A stretch of 64,000 nt of DNA from Podarcis melisellensis. Its lineage: Eukaryota. The stretch lies in assembly GCA_964234715.1 (NCBI GenBank), contig OZ174282.1, one strand, 5' to 3'. The position numbers and the translations under genes were made by a program. Shown piece by piece: positions 9,150 through 22,796 of the stretch. Each line of letters opens with the position of its first letter. Position 1 is the first letter of the stretch. The notes beneath the pieces were generated by a model. The model did no database searches and had not been told where the DNA came from. It saw nothing but the letters and a program-made list of their open reading frames with translations.

Positions 9150-12100
9150 TGTTATTGGGGGGGTCCCCTGCATTTATGGCCCTGTTGGCCGCCATAAGAG
9201 CCATTTCTTTGTCAGAAACTTTCCATTTGAATCTGCCTGCCTTTGAGTATATGGTTCCAGTTTGCCAGAACCAAATATATGAAAACTTGTGTGCTGTTAA
9301 GCATGTCTGCTGGTTTGCAGAATCTTCATTGTTTTCCAGGAAGCTGTATGAGAGTGTTTGAGAGTCTGCTTATTGAATGCTCTTGCCCTTTCCCATGGCC
9401 TGCTATGCTGTTTTGACCTGGATGTTCCTTGGCATTTGTTGGGACAGCCATGTGCCGTATTCTATCTAGTGCAGCATCATGTTCCCACTTGCTGTGTGAC
9501 TCTTAGAAGCTTGTAAGCAGCAACTCTCCCCTCCTGTTTGGCCCCAGCACCTGACCTCTGGGGGCTATAATGCCTTTGAACATGGTGGTTCCATGCTATT
9601 TATTTACCATAGGGTTGTGGGCTCATGTCTGCCTGGAAAACATTTGACCCCTAATATGTGGGGGCTCTGTAGTTATTTAGTGGGATGGAGATGGACTGTG
9701 GGATCAGTCTGAAGGACTCAGACTCTGTATGGTCCGCAGCTGCTGTTTACTGCGTTTCTGAGCTGTTCTTCCTCCAAAGGACAAAATGCCCCTGCAAACT
9801 GCCTGGCCTCCTCCCCTGTGAATTGGATTAAGCTGCAAGACATGAACTAGCCAAAGGCCACCCAGTGAGCCTCATGATTGATTGGAACCTGGATCTCCTA
9901 GATGTAATCCAGCACTAGCCTCTGCACCACACCAACACTGAACAGTGGTTCTGGGGCTGAGCCAAGGCAGAAATGAAGGAGTCGTCAATCTTTGGGGGCC
10001 CATTTTGAATGCTGAAGGTATGCCGTGAGCACTAACAGCCACATCTGGTTGGCTCTCTCCCTTCCCCCTCCCACCTCTACCAGCAAAGAACACACAACTT
10101 TGCTTTTCCATGTAATCTGGGTAAAAGTCAGATCCAGTCGAATTAAAATGGATCCTCTTGAATTTGTAGCTTTTCCCCCTTGACCCACCCCCATCAAATT
10201 AAAGTTTCTCCAGAGGTGGGGAACATATGACAGTGGATTATGCTGCCCTCTTGTGCTCCCCAAAGGAAATGCATGCCTTTGCTCATTTGCTTGACCCAGA
10301 GCACTCCCCAGTAAGTCTATGGATTCCTCAGGATTGTGCTATGCTCTTTGACTGTATGAGTGTGTGTGTTTGTGAGGCAGATTTGATCTTTGCTCTGTGT
10401 TTCATGTTCGCCATAAGGTTTCCCCTGATTCCACTAAATTTGCCCTCTCCTTCATAATTATCTTTACTGCTCCTGGTCTGCTTGGAGTTTCAGTTAAAAC
10501 ACCAGTCACTTGGTTTTGTTACTAACAGCTTCCTCTCGTAACTCAGTGTGCTTATTTGCTGTGTCTTTGTGCTTAAACAGGGAAAAAGAAGTGTTCAGTT
10601 TTTCAGTGCCTGAATCCTTGTGGATCCTCATGATTTTTAAAGAGAATGACAACAATACCCCCGAGATTGCAGAATACATCTGGATGCAGAGGGTGACCTA
10701 TGATTTGATTTGAGTGGATACCTTGTAAACATTGAAGATCTATCAGGATCTGTACATCAGTCATGGTTTTGCACCACAGCAGTAAAAGAAAGCACCAGAT
10801 TCATTAGTCAGTGGAGAGAAATGTTTGTGATTTGATAGTGGAAACCTGTGGAAAAATTATGCAGTTTCAAAAGATCATCTTTTCCAAAGTGTCTGCATGC
10901 CTGTGTGCAGGCACCTTCTATCTGCCCTATAACACTCTCCCCTCAATTCTCTCTCCACACTCACTCATACACCACACAACTCTTCCTCCATTATCTCCCT
11001 TGATTTCTGTGGCATCTCACTTTCTCCCCCCCCCCCCGACCCTCTGTTTTCCTGCCATGAATCTCCCTTTCCCTTTTGCTCTTACCATCTTGTTCCTTCT
11101 GCTTTTTGTTCACGTGCTGTGCTGTTCTGAGCCTTGAAAAGCACATAGAGCTGAAGGAGGAAGTGGGAAGGAGAATGAGTCTTCCAACTTCCTCCTTCAG
11201 CTCTAAGTGCTTTTCAAGGCTCAGAACAGCATGTGAACCAAAAAAGCAGATACTGTCGCTTCAAGGTATCCGCTGTAGCACCCTTAGTGGCTGGCTTGTT
11301 TGACAGCTAGGTATAGGGCAGGACACATTTAAAGGGCCACTTCTGAAAGCGACAGTGTACATTAGTGTTTGGTTTATGTTTTCTGTGTTTGGGAATGTGC
11401 TTAATGCACTTACATACATGCATTTATTTTGTGGAACCTCAGTTTTCTTATTTCACAGTCAGATAGAAATGGATGCTCAACTGCCCAGCTCTTGTGCACT
11501 TCCAGTGATTTCTTGTTAAAAAGTGCATGTAGACAAGTACAGGAATACCTGCCTCCATGGCCCAGAAGGAGATTGAGGAATGACTGAAGGGAGGGGCCAG
11601 AAAACACAACATAAAATAATTTCGTCATACTTTGGCCACTGAAATGGATGGGAAAACTGAGCTATTCCTATGAAAAGCATAAGACTAAAAGCAGAGTATG
11701 TAGATGATCAGCTGTCAGTTGTGCACACCAACAAATCAGGTCTAACCAACAACCCCATGTTGGTTTCTCATTTGTCCCCATGTTTCTCATTTGTTTGGTC
11801 AAACTGCAGCTGCTGCCCATATTTGGAGACTTTGCTGTGTCCCTTAAAGGCGCCTCTTCTAGAGAGCAAGCTTGAAGATTGCATCCTTGTCTGCCCTCAG
11901 GCTTGGCCCATCATTGCTGGGCCTTTCTGTCCTTGGAACAGCCCGAAATCCATTAACCTTTGAAAAAAGTCAGATTAGCATTGCAGATGAATAGAAGCCA
12001 TGAAGACAGGCAGCCAAAGGGGGAGGATCTTCTTAAAGAGGGATGGCCAGCCACTCTGTGCTCCTTGGGGGAAGGGTTGTCATGCTTGCTGACAGTCTGA

Positions 12101-12699
12101 TTCTGTAATAAAACCAGTGAGGTATAGCAATGTGGGCTTTGTCAGTACGGAACGTGGAATTCCCAGGGCATTTGGCATGCAGAATCCAAACCGATGTCAC
12201 CTTTGCACATGACTACCATCTCATGCAACTATAAAGCAATTTAACTTCTTTATAAGTAGAAAAGTGGGCAAACTTTTCACCACATCTTTGTAAAATTTGG
12301 TAGACCATTGGTAGCCAGATAAAAATTGCTTTTGGGCTGGATCTGGCCTGGGTGCTCTCTCTCCCTGCCCCCCGGTAGTGTCCTGCAGGAGGACCTGCTG
12401 GACTGGCTTTGGCCTGAAAGGGGGCCTGTCCTTCAGCTGCATCAAGTCCCTGATGTGCCCTGTTGAGAATTGGAGCCACTGTGGGCACTGAGGTTGTCTC
12501 CCCATCTGCCCAAGCTCTCAGTAGCCAAAGCAAAGTGCTTGGGGGATTTGTGCCTTTGAGGAAGCTGTGTTGTGTTTGGGTCTTCCTTAGCAGCTGCAGA
12601 GGGAGAGGCTTGTGCTCAAAATAGAGTGAGAACCCGCAAGGCCCGAGCCACTAGGTTGGTCACTGGGCAGGATGCTGGATGCTGATCTGGAGATGAGGA

Positions 12700-13030
12700 A
12701 AGGTTGGAAGAATGTGGCATATATAGCCTGGAGCTTAGAGGGGAGCATGATATAACCATCTTCAAATACCTGAAGGGCTTCCAGGCAGAGGAGGGTAAAG
12801 GAGTTTCCTTTGCTGCCCAAAGGAGCAGGATTTGATTGAGTGTGCTGTGAGCACAATCAAAAGAGTCCATTTCAGGTGAACATTAGGAGAAATGGATTGG
12901 CAGTAGGAGCTGTCCAACCATGGAACCTATAGAGATTCTGGGCTCTCCTTTGCTTAGAGGTCTTCAGACAGAGAGGCTGGGTGGCCACTCTGTTATCTGC
13001 TGCAGGTAGGGAGGGTGTACTAGCCTCGGT
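12700..13030 (+). mobile_element. CR1 LINE 3' fragment
   Basis: ATGATATAACCATCTTCAAATACCTGAAGGGC...AACATTAGGAG...GGCTCTCCTT...GAGGTCTTCA...GAGGCTGG is typical of the CR1 ORF2 end. Confidence 0.65.
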
Positions 13031-14059
13031 TTCTAGGCCCCTTTTTTCTCAAAGATCTAATACACCAGTCTGGCTTTTTTTTAAAAAAAAAAGAAAAACA
13101 GGAACTTGAGGAACCTTGAGATTTTACCACAGAAAGGGTGGTTTCCAAGCCTGCAACTTTATTGCCTGAAAAGATGCTGCTGCATCAGTGAGATTTTTCT
13201 GTCTTTCTGCAGCCTTGCAAGTGAGCTTTGAAATAACTTGGGTGGAGTGGAATAACCCTTTGGCGTCTTACTAGATCTGTTGTCTGTATTGCTAGATCAG
13301 ACCTGGCAAAAGAGGGTGCCTTGACCCGTGCCTTAGGTGCTCTGACCTCTTGTATTTAAGTAACGTATCACAGGTATAAGATGGAGGCTGCTGTCCAGTT
13401 GCTGGTGTGAGAGGCAGTAGTCGCTCCAAACCAGCCTTTGATTTGGTTGGTCTTGCATGTGATTGGCCCCCATTTTGCGCCTCACTCAGAGAGAGGCACT
13501 GCTCCTTTTGACCTTGGATGCAATCTCTCTCCTTCCCCCTTTGCTTGGTTCTTGCTGTAAAAGTTGAGCTGTGATTATGCAACTTGCTGTTTCCCTGGAG
13601 GCATCGAGAGCCTTGAAGTTCTTTAGATTCCAAGAAACTCGGAGCAATTTGGGCGGGTGTTTTCCATCTGGTTCCATTCAGTCTCTCCTTCTCCCCCCCA
13701 CCCCTTCTGTGCCCCTTTACTGCCCGAGGGAAAGTCTGTTAAGTGAACTCTCAGAAAAAGGAAAGGAAGGAGAATCCTTTGTTCTGGGGCCACAAGTGGC
13801 TCTTTAAAGAGCATGTTTAAACTTGTGGCTTTCATGGCTGGTGAGGCTGGCAGCCTGTAGGGATGCATAAAGGAATTATGTGGAGCCCAAAAGGTACAGA
13901 CTTGGGTAGAGCATGACCAGATCATTCTGCATGCTGGAGTCTTTGTCAGAACAGCTGGGATGGGGGGTAGTCAGTGTAAGAGAGCTGCAAGCATAGCGTG
14001 AAGCTGGAAGGGTGGTCTTGGGAAGCAAGGCTGAAATAACTGGATGTATTTAGCATGCA

Positions 14060-14240
14060 CTGAGTGCTGTCTCATGCCAGGTTAGAACACTGGTCCATCT
14101 CGCTTTATTGTTGTGTACACTGGCTGGCAGCAAAGGCTTTCCACAGTTTCAGATGGAAGCCTTACCTAGCCCGTTCTGGAGATGCTGCCAGGGATTGAAC
14201 CTGAGACCTTTGGGGACCATGGCGCTAGAGTCCTTACCTA
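14060..14240 (-). mobile_element. tRNA-derived SINE (Squam3-like)
   Basis: Minus strand has a B-box-like GGTTCAATCCCTGGCAGCATCTCCAG...GGGCTAGG and a 3' body GATGGACCAGTG. Confidence 0.6.
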
Positions 14241-14624
14241 AAGAAGTCTGATTATCAGAGCCTGAATCATGAAGCCTTTCCTTGGCAGATAAGTGCCTTT
14301 CCAGGGCAGGTAGTTGTATGCCAGTGGGCCACATCTGTGACTGGTAGTGGTCCTGCTCTTCGCCTATGCCCTGGTGGGGGAAAGCTTCACCTATTTTCCT
14401 CAAAACTTGTCTTGAGTGAAAGAGAAAATATGTCTGCGCATGTGGATTTGACACAGGGTTGAACTATTTCTTGCCACCTTCCTCTTCCCACTACAGCAGC
14501 ATGTCAACCTGGGCCTCATGTCGCTCCATTCCTGACTGGTCCACTAAGTCCCTCTGCACCTTGACTGAAATTGCTGATCTTCCAACAAAAACATGTAACT
14601 TGTCGCTAAGATCAGACACCATAT

Positions 14625-15465
14625 CTGAAGACTGGAAAATGGCTAATATGACAACAATTTTTGGAGAGATCCACGTGGCATTCTGGAAATTACTAGGCCA
14701 GTTAGCTTAATGTTTCTTCCGGAAGACTGGTGGAAAGTGTTATTAAATATACAATAAGCAATCATATAGAAGAATAAGCCTTTGCTGAAGCAGAACCAGC
14801 ATGGCTTCTGCAAGGGTGAGCCCTGCCTCATTAACACATTTGAATTATTTTGAGAGTGCCAATAAGCATATAGATTAAGATGACCCAGTCAAAATAGTAT
14901 GCATAGACTTTCAAAGTCTCATGAATCAAGTCTCATGAGAAAGCTTAGCGGTCGCGAAGTGAGAAGTGAGGTTCTTTTGCGAATCAGAAACCAGCTAGGA
15001 AGCAGGAAGCAGAGAGCAGGAATAAATGAACAGTTCTTCCAGTGGAGGAATGAACTGATTGTGACTGACCAGGAACAAGAGCTTGGGATCATAGTGGATA
15101 GCCCAGTGTGAGGCAGCTGTGAAAATGGCAAATTCCATGCCAAGGATCATTAGGAAAGAATAAAAATTAAAACTGCTTTTATATCACCATTATACAAATT
15201 TATAGTGTGGCTGCACTTTGAATACTGTGCACTGTTCTGGTCACTTCACCTCAAAAAGAAGTTGTGGAATTGGAAAAGATTCAGAAAAGGGCAACCAGAA
15301 TGATCATGGGGGTGGAGCAACTTTCATATGAGGAAAGGTCACAGCCGTTAGGACTTTTTAGTTTAGAGAAAATGCAAGTAAAAAGTGACATGCTTGAAGT
15401 TTATAAAATGATGCATGGCATGGAGAAAGTGGATAGAAAAAGGTTTTTCTCCATCTCACTGACAC
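14625..15465 (+). mobile_element. CR1 LINE ORF2 (reverse transcriptase) remnant
   Basis: Degenerate frames read DWKMANMTTIF, NQHGFCKG, and ELEKIQKRATRMIMGVEQLSYEER..LGLFSLEK..DMLEVYKMMHGMEKVDR. Confidence 0.85.
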
Positions 15466-16421
15466 TAGAATTTATATATCACTTAATCACTAGCGTTTCT
15501 AAGCAGTGGAGTAAAAGAGAGAATGAAACAATAAAAATCCATAATAAAACTGATTCGTGTACCTCAAAATGACTGCTTGGTTGACCTTTATTTGAAAAGT
15601 TGTTTGGCAAAGGTATTTCTGGTGTTTTGTACTGATGACTCACCATATGAACAGGTCATCTCTCATCTGGTCCACTTATGGTCTCATAACCACCGGCTGG
15701 TAAATAGTCAGTGTCTTCTGGGAAATGGACAAATTGATTACTTTCTACCTTCTCAGGTACTTAAAATAATAATTTCTTTTACGATGTACTAACTAGCTGA
15801 AGTTGAATGCACTGGTTACTTTGACTGGCTTCTTTGAAAGGCTTGCATCAGGGTGCTTGAGTATTTGCACAGTTCTTTCCCAGGCAGTTGGGTGCGGTGG
15901 AATAGCACTGGGAGGCCAGTCAGGCTTCCTGGTGGCAGAATGGAATGAATGGGTCAGCTGGCCCAGTGAAGAAGGGATCAGAGAAGCCTGTTTCTTCTCT
16001 ATTGCCTCTCCTAGGCCCAAAATGCTGCTTGGCAAGTTTACAGCCTCGACTGCCACTCCCAGCCCCAGCCCGCTGTTCCTTACAGAGACTTCCAAGCTTG
16101 TTGCTGTTATCACATGTCTTTGGCAAAGCCACAGCACTGGCCACGGCATAAAATACAAGGCTTGCTATATGGTAACAATGGGGCATGTGGTGTCCTTCGT
16201 TTTATTTCTAGGGCAAAATCTGGCCTTGTACCTTTTCACGTTCCTGGGTCTGTGCTTGGCAGGCTCAGCAGATTAGACAAGTAGAACCACCTCATTCTAC
16301 CCAGCAGGTGTTGCTGCGGCACCTTTCTAGAAAAACCTCTTCCCTCACCATTGGCCTTGCTTGGTCTGTTCTCTGTAGTGCTTCAGTCAGTCATGACACT
16401 TGCCTTCATTTCTCCCCCCAG

Positions 16422-16593
16422 ATTTGAAGCTTCATCTCCAGAGCACAGACTATGGGAGTTTCCTTGCAAACGAAGCCTCTCCCCTCACTGTATCTGTCAT
16501 TGATGACAAGCTGAAGGAGAAGATGGTGGTGGAGTTCCGCCACATGAGAAATCACGCCTATGAACCTTTGGCCAGCTTCCTGGACTTCATCAC
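16422..16593 (+). CDS. ATP6V0D1: V-ATPase subunit d1, exon 2
   Basis: ccccAG|AT; (D)[56 protein letters not shown](T); donor AC|GTAAGA; 172 nt. Confidence 0.97.
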
Positions 16594-16749
16594 GTAAGAG
16601 CCAGCAGTGGACACATGCAATGGGGCAAAGTGTTGGTTCCCTTGAGAAGCTGTAGTGTCTGTCCCTACATCTGTGTGACTTCTGTGGTCTCTCCTGCCAA
16701 GCAATCTGACCCGACCAGCTTGGCTTAAAAAATGTTTTATGAGCAGTGA

Positions 16750-17405
16750 TCCCGGACAGTGTAGTCCATGCTCTGGGAGCTGAGGCTAGATTATTACTGT
16801 GTACTCTAACTGGGGCTGCCTTTGAAGATGGCTCAACAGGTCCAGAACACAGCAACCAGATTAATGATTGGCGTTCTATTTGCAATTCACATCACCCCTC
16901 ATTTAAAACAGCTGCATTGGTTGCTAGTTTATTCCTGGTCCAATTCAGAGTGCCCATGAAAGTATTTAAAGCCCTAAGCAACTAAGGCCCCTAATACCTG
17001 AAGGGCTGTCTTTTTCCCTCGTAGCCAATGAAGTTAATCCGAGGTGCAGTTATGGCTAATTGAAACTCTTGGTTGCTATGATTGGGAGGGGATGCCTTCT
17101 GATAATTCTCCTGATAGTTCTGGTGCCCTTGGAAGTTCAAGGAGTGGTGACCTCAATGGAGACCTTCTCTGTTTCAGTCCTTAAGCTGTGGAATTCCCCC
17201 CCCCCCAGGTGTGTGGCACCTTCATTGCTTACCTTTCCTCATATGCTGAAGAAACGCCTCCTTACCCTGGCCTTTGACACCTGACCTGTTTCTTAGCATC
17301 TGCCATATTATTCTGATAGTTAACTGATTTTATTACCATACTTTTGTATTGTTGTAACTGCCCCCGGACTTCATGGTGAAGGTCAGGCTAATAATAATAA
17401 TAATA
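16750..17405 (+). mobile_element. L2 LINE ORF2 end + 3' UTR with (TAA)n tail
   Basis: Degenerate peptide pieces VVHAL, VQNTA, HITPHLKQLHWL and FKAL, ending in TAATAATAA. Confidence 0.7.
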
Positions 17406-19780
17406 ATGCAGCAACCCTTTAGCTTCACTTTAGATTTTGGTTTCCACATTAAAGTAGGGAAGCTACTTCAAGGTGGAAGAGGGTCTTTCACAGCTAGTTT
17501 TCCTTCTGAGGGACTGACTGGATCATTGCTTTCTACTTGCCGTTCTGTGAGCCTGGTTAGCATATGTTATTAATATCTCAAACCTTGTTGGGCTTCTTAA
17601 TGAACCATGATCCAAAAGATATGTTTTGACCAATGACAGATGCCTGTGGAGAGAGGGAAAGGGGCCTATAGTGCATCCTCCATAGATGGAGGAGAAAGAA
17701 GCTCTTTCATCACCTAGGTGGCTTTGCGGAGGCAGCTTAGCTGCTGAAATATTGAAAAGGGTATTGAAGCACACCAAGAGCCACATGTAGCAGGATCAAA
17801 GTGGCCCTGGACTAAGGAGTCCAGTTCACCTGGGCAAATGCCCAGAAAGAGCTTGCTGAATTGGCCAAAGGCTCTTCAGGGTAGGCAGAGAGAAAGAAGA
17901 AGATGGCTGGGTGAAAAATACAACTTAGGCAGGGAAAGGGCTAGAGAATTTGAGGGAACTTGCCTTTCTTCTGCTCCTCAGATTTTGGGAAATTCTTGTT
18001 CTGAGCTACTTGCGAACTGTGGTCTGTGGCCTACCAGTGAGGTTCACTTGCCGTTGGAGGTTTATGGAATTAAAAGTAGAATACAGCAAAGTACAACATA
18101 AGAAGCAATAAAAATACAATTAAAAACCAGGCAGGCAGAAGAATAATTGCATAGTTTGCCAAGACCCACAGCAATTTTCAAGTGGTCCATGGTGGGGAAA
18201 CATTTGGGAGCCACTGCTTTTAAAAGTTTTACAGGTGGATAGTTCAGTGATACAGGTGGATAGTTCATGTGAGAAGATCCAGTGTCTGCTCTTAAGGCTA
18301 GACAAAAAAAATCCTTAAACCTGAGCCTGGTCTCAGCATCTCTGAAGAAAACTGGACCTCATCTCTGCGGAAGCTTGGAAACATTGCCTGTTCTGTCTAG
18401 AAGTCTGGTCCTGATGCTCTTGCTCCTGCCTTGGGCGTGGCAAAGAAGCAGAGATCCTTTCCTGGGCCTCTTGGTGTGAGTGATTGTGCACTCTGGCTTC
18501 AGAACATGGTCTGCTTGTTGGCTTCCACTGCAGGATTTGGCTGAGTGCTCTGACTCTTGAGTGCTTCTGGTGCAGTCTTGATCCATCCAGTTTTTTAATT
18601 ACCAGCGGGGATTATAAGAGCTTGCTCCTAGGAGATGGTGCCTTGTTTGGAATTCTTTTTTATGGTGGCTTTGCCTTGAAAGACCTAGTAAAACAAATGT
18701 CACTCAGATAAAAGTTTTTTTATGGCTTCCTGAGGAGATGGAGAACATGCAAGCCTCCCATGCTGAAGTAGTCCCCCCCCCCGTCTCTGTTGATCTTGAC
18801 TAGAGAGAGGCCTGTGTGCCTCTGCCAAAGACCTTGGTCTGTCCTCTGGGTGGGGCTCTTTGGCCCAGCAGGGCATGTCATTTCAGGCGGTCAAACTTAA
18901 TTTCTTCAGTGAAAAACATGCTTTGCAGCTTGAGGAATTCCAATCTGCTATTTTTCTGATTGGACAACATTTAGCCTGGTAAGTCTACTTTTGATGAAGA
19001 AGCACATTAACTGCTTTTGGAAAACCAAAGTCTTTTAATTTTACCTTCAGGTAATGCTAAATATTAACAAATGTTAATGATAACATTAATATGTAATATA
19101 ACTGCAAGTACTTGGCAATCATTTTTTGATGATTTCTGTTCAATTGTATACACATTCTGCTTCCCAAACAAAACTAAATTATATTAATTTAGCCAAAATA
19201 TATTTTGAACTCCCAAGTCATGTTACAACTTTTTAGCACCACTCACCTTTAGAATTTGAAAGTTGGAAAAGTCAACACACCCTATAAAATGGTCCAGGTT
19301 TACAGCATTCAGCAGCACAGCATCTCCTGCACCGCTGTACCAGGCGACATCTAAGCCAGCGGTGTGGCATCTCTGTGCCTGCAACAAAGGCTGCTGTGGG
19401 ATACTGCCACCTCCTCCTCCCCTTTGGCAGTGGCAGGGCAGTTTTCTGCAGGCAGCAGTACTAGGTATAGGAGTGGAGGCTTTTTAAAGCATTGTAGCAG
19501 CAGCACCCCTTTTGGGCACACGGTGCTCTGCCTGCCCCTCTTTGCTGCAGCAGACATTTCCAACCATGAGGACTTCACTGCTTAGAAATAAAAAGCAAGG
19601 GGAAAAGATTCTCATGGAGCCTAATAGATGGAGGGAAGATTCTGCCCTTCTGCTCCTCCGTCTCTCTTAAATAGGGGATCAGGGACTGTGTTTGGACTGC
19701 ACCACTTCAGCTTGCAAGGGGGGTTCATTTTACTGAATTTCCATGCAAGGAATTCATTTTGCATAGGGAAGGACCATATC

Positions 19781-20025
19781 TAAGAACAAGAGCACTGAAG
19801 CTGGATCAGGCCAAAGGGTGGCTATCTAATTCAGCCTCCTGCTCTCACAGTGGCCAGAAGTCCCAAGGCAAAGCCTGCAAGTAGGATGCGAGTGCATCAG
19901 CAACACTTTCTTGCCTTGCAATAGAGCATAGCCACCTTGGCAAGTAACCATTCACAAAGGATGAGGCTCACCCAGTTTTAAAGCTGTCCACGTTGGTGGC
20001 AAACACACCATATCTTGTGGGAAAA
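19781..20025 (-). mobile_element. CR1-type LINE 3' UTR fragment
   Basis: AAGAACAAGAGC...GCTGGATCAGGCCAAAGG...CAGCCTCCTGCTCTCACAGTGGCC matches the antisense of a squamate CR1 3' end as I recall it. Confidence 0.55.
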
Positions 20026-20966
20026 GATGCACATCCTGTGGCTGGGTTGGCAGTCAAAGGGCTCCTGCCTCCAAGAGTAACCTGCAAGCTGCTCCATGTT
20101 TTGCTCATGGTGCAAAGCTAGTCAGAGCCTCTCTGTGGGGCTTTCTGTGTTGGCTGCGGCTGAGCCTTGCCATGGTCTCTTACCAGTGGAAGCACTGCTG
20201 GCTCCTGCCACCTGGGCAGCTGGCCATGTTGCACAACACTGTGCAAAAGGGAACACCTCCCTGCAACTATTGGTTCTTCTCCTCAATGCAAACTGGCTGC
20301 CAGCCACCTCCCAGCACTCCCAAGCTCCTGGCAGTTTTGCTGAAAGGGTTGTTTGAGGCATGTTGCAAGGAAGTAGAAGGAATTAAGTGTACCTGCAGGA
20401 TGGAAACCACTTCCTGAATCTGGCCAGGGTGTTTTGACTTGTGGGCTGGGACGATTTCCCAGCTTTCCTCTTATCATCCCTTGTTCTCAGTGATCCAAGG
20501 GGAACGAGCAGCTGCCTCAGTTTGCTTTCCTTGCTGCCTTTGATCGTTCTGCTTTGGTCAGCTGACTCCACGCCATCGTTCAGCAGCAGGCCTGCTTCGT
20601 TTGTGCTGGAGGCATTTGTAAGGCGATGGGCTATGTGGCTGCAGTCGCCCTGCTTTGAGAAACACTTTGATGTTCCTGTTTGGGCGTGTTCTGCTCTGTG
20701 TGCTGTAGGCAGGCCTCGCTGAGCTTTATTAGTGCCAGACCCAAGGGCCACTTTAAATCTACTTGAAGGGCTTTAGGCTTGTGTCCTAATGAATTGCGGC
20801 CTCTTTGTCTGATTTGCGTTTGCCAGAAGTACACCACAAACCAAGCATGAGCTAGCAGAGCAACACAGCAGGAAGAAAGTGACAAAGGCTATTTACTACA
20901 AAAAAACTGAAAACAGATAAGAACATTGGCAGGATTATTGTAATAACCTGCAGTTTTACAAGAGTA

Positions 20967-21186
20967 CAGTGGTACCTTGAGTTACAAACGCCTCAGGTTA
21001 TAAACTCTGCTAACCTGGAAGAGTTACCTCGAGTTGAGAACTTTGCCCCAGGATTAGAACAGCCGTGCTGTTGGTGCGGCGGCAACAAGAGGCCCCGTTA
21101 GCGAAAGCACGCCTCTAGTTAAGAACAGTTTCAGGTTAAGAATGGACCTCTGGAACGAATTAAGTTCGTAACTAGAGGTACCAATG
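20967..21186. mobile_element. Tc1/mariner MITE (same subfamily as 39233-39459)
   Basis: TA|CAGTGGTACCTT...GAGGTACCAATG|TA with internal TCAGGTTAAGAA repeats. Confidence 0.85.
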
Positions 21187-21319
21187 TATATATTTAAAGT
21201 AGATGAATAAATGAACAAATTAAGTTAATTTGGATATGCAGAAAATATTAAAAATAAATTTAAGGAACCACAGAAAGAGGGGGAAGGAAGTCAAGTTTTG
21301 AAATGTTAAAATGACTGTA

Positions 21320-21320
<1 letters not shown>

Positions 21321-21376
<56 letters not shown>
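21321..21376. repeat. (ATATGT)n hexanucleotide microsatellite
   Basis: About nine tandem units read directly. Confidence 0.95.
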
Positions 21377-21519
21377 GGCTTTGTTGGTATATATATATAA
21401 AGCAACAAAGCCTAGGAGTCCTAGAACCACTCTCCTCCATTCTCCTTCAGCCAGACACCACCCCCCACCACCAACCTGGACCACTTTCCCTCTTGGGTGC
21501 TGCCTTTTTAGAAGGAGAG

Positions 21520-21910
21520 CAACAAACTTGTGAAGGGTGACAAAGATGGAGAGGAACTTGTAGGAAGTCCTATGAGGAAGAAAGGCTGGCAGATTTGTGT
21601 ATGTTTAGTCCAGAAAAGACGTGGCACAACAGCCACCTTCAAATATTTTAGAGAGATGCCATATGGATGATGGAGTAGGTTTGACGTCTGTTGCTGCAAC
21701 AGCTGGGGCCAAATGGAACAGTGGCATGAAAGAGAATTTTGGCTAAACAGCTGTTTTGGCAGTGGTGGTGGGGAGAGGCTGCCTGGGACAGAAGGGCACT
21801 GGCTCCGTTTCCTTAGAGGCTTTTTGGCAGAGCCTGGATGGCCACCAGTGAAGGGTTCTGATGAAGTAGATGGCCTCAGAGGTTCCTTTCCAACTCTGAT
21901 AATAGGATTT
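21520..21910 (+). mobile_element. CR1 LINE 3' fragment
   Basis: TCCTATGAGGAAGAAAGGCTG...ATGTTTAGTCCAGAAAAGA...CTTCAAATATT...GAGCCTGGATGGCCACC...CCTTTCCAACTCT. Confidence 0.65.
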
Positions 21911-22166
21911 GCAATACCTGATTTCATTATTGGACCAATAGTGTATGTGAAATCACTTGTAAACTGCTCTTGAATTTGCAGATGAAAAGGAATTAAACAG
22001 GTGCAGGCAGCCCCCTTTTTGCAATACCCGTGTCTTCAGTCTGTCGTTTTGCCCCCCACCCCACCTCTAGCCATGAAGCCTAGGTGAAGTCTACTTCAGT
22101 GAAGGCAAAGAGTTCATATTCCCCACTTGGCTGGTCATAGCCGTTGTCTTTTTTACTTCCTTTCAG

Positions 22167-22345
22167 GTACAGCTACATGATTGACAACGTAATCCTCCTG
22201 ATCACTGGGACACTGCATCAACGCTCCATTGCTGAGCTGGTGCCCAAATGCCACCCCCTGGGGAGTTTTGAGCAGATGGAGGCAGTGAACATCGCCCAAA
22301 CCCCTGCTGAACTGTACAACGCCATTTTGGTCGACACACCCCTAG
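22167..22345 (+). CDS. ATP6V0D1: V-ATPase subunit d1, exon 3
   Basis: tttcAG|G; [59 protein letters not shown]; donor G|GTGAGG; 179 nt. Confidence 0.97.
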
Positions 22346-22716
22346 GTGAGGAAGAGTTTGCGGTTTCAGGGGCTTTGCTCTTCTGCAGGGGAATGTATTT
22401 AAAGGGAGACCCCAAATTATTGGGGGTTCTTGACATTAAGGGTTCCTGTAGTGGTGTTTTAACACACAATATGAGCCCTTGCCTACAGTTTGGTAACTGC
22501 AGGAAATCCTTCTGGGCTCTTTGACTGACTGACTTGAAAGCTCAATGTGAAAATCACTGACTCCTTACCTTTGAGGGCCAGTGGAAGAGGAGGATCTCCT
22601 CCTGATTTGCCTTGACCACACAGAACTTGAAACTCTGCTGGCCAGGGAGTCTGGGTGGGAGGTGGCTCTCCTTCCTTGGCCCTTCAGCTGGGCTCACCCT
22701 TCTCCCTTCCTTACAG

Positions 22717-22796
22717 CTGCCTTTTTCCAAGACTGCATTTCTGAGCAGGACCTTGATGAAATGAACATTGAAATTATCCGGAACACACTTTATAAG
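22717..22796 (+). CDS. ATP6V0D1: V-ATPase subunit d1, exon 4
   Basis: ttacAG|CT; (A)[26 protein letters not shown]; donor AAG|GTAAGC; 80 nt. Confidence 0.97.

Noticed and set aside
15264-15572. RT-like ORFs (also 40115-40554 and 61754-61999)
   Set aside because: Frameshifted and stop-riddled CR1/L2 remnants, not functional genes.
21220-21484. ORFs with (YI)n / (HI)n repeats; also HT, CV and poly-H ORFs
   Set aside because: Translations of microsatellites.
22161-22175. AG|GT at exon starts (ATP6V0D1 exons 3 and 8, HSD11B2 exon 4) as recursive splice sites
   Set aside because: Explained by required codons, and the introns are short; no independent support.
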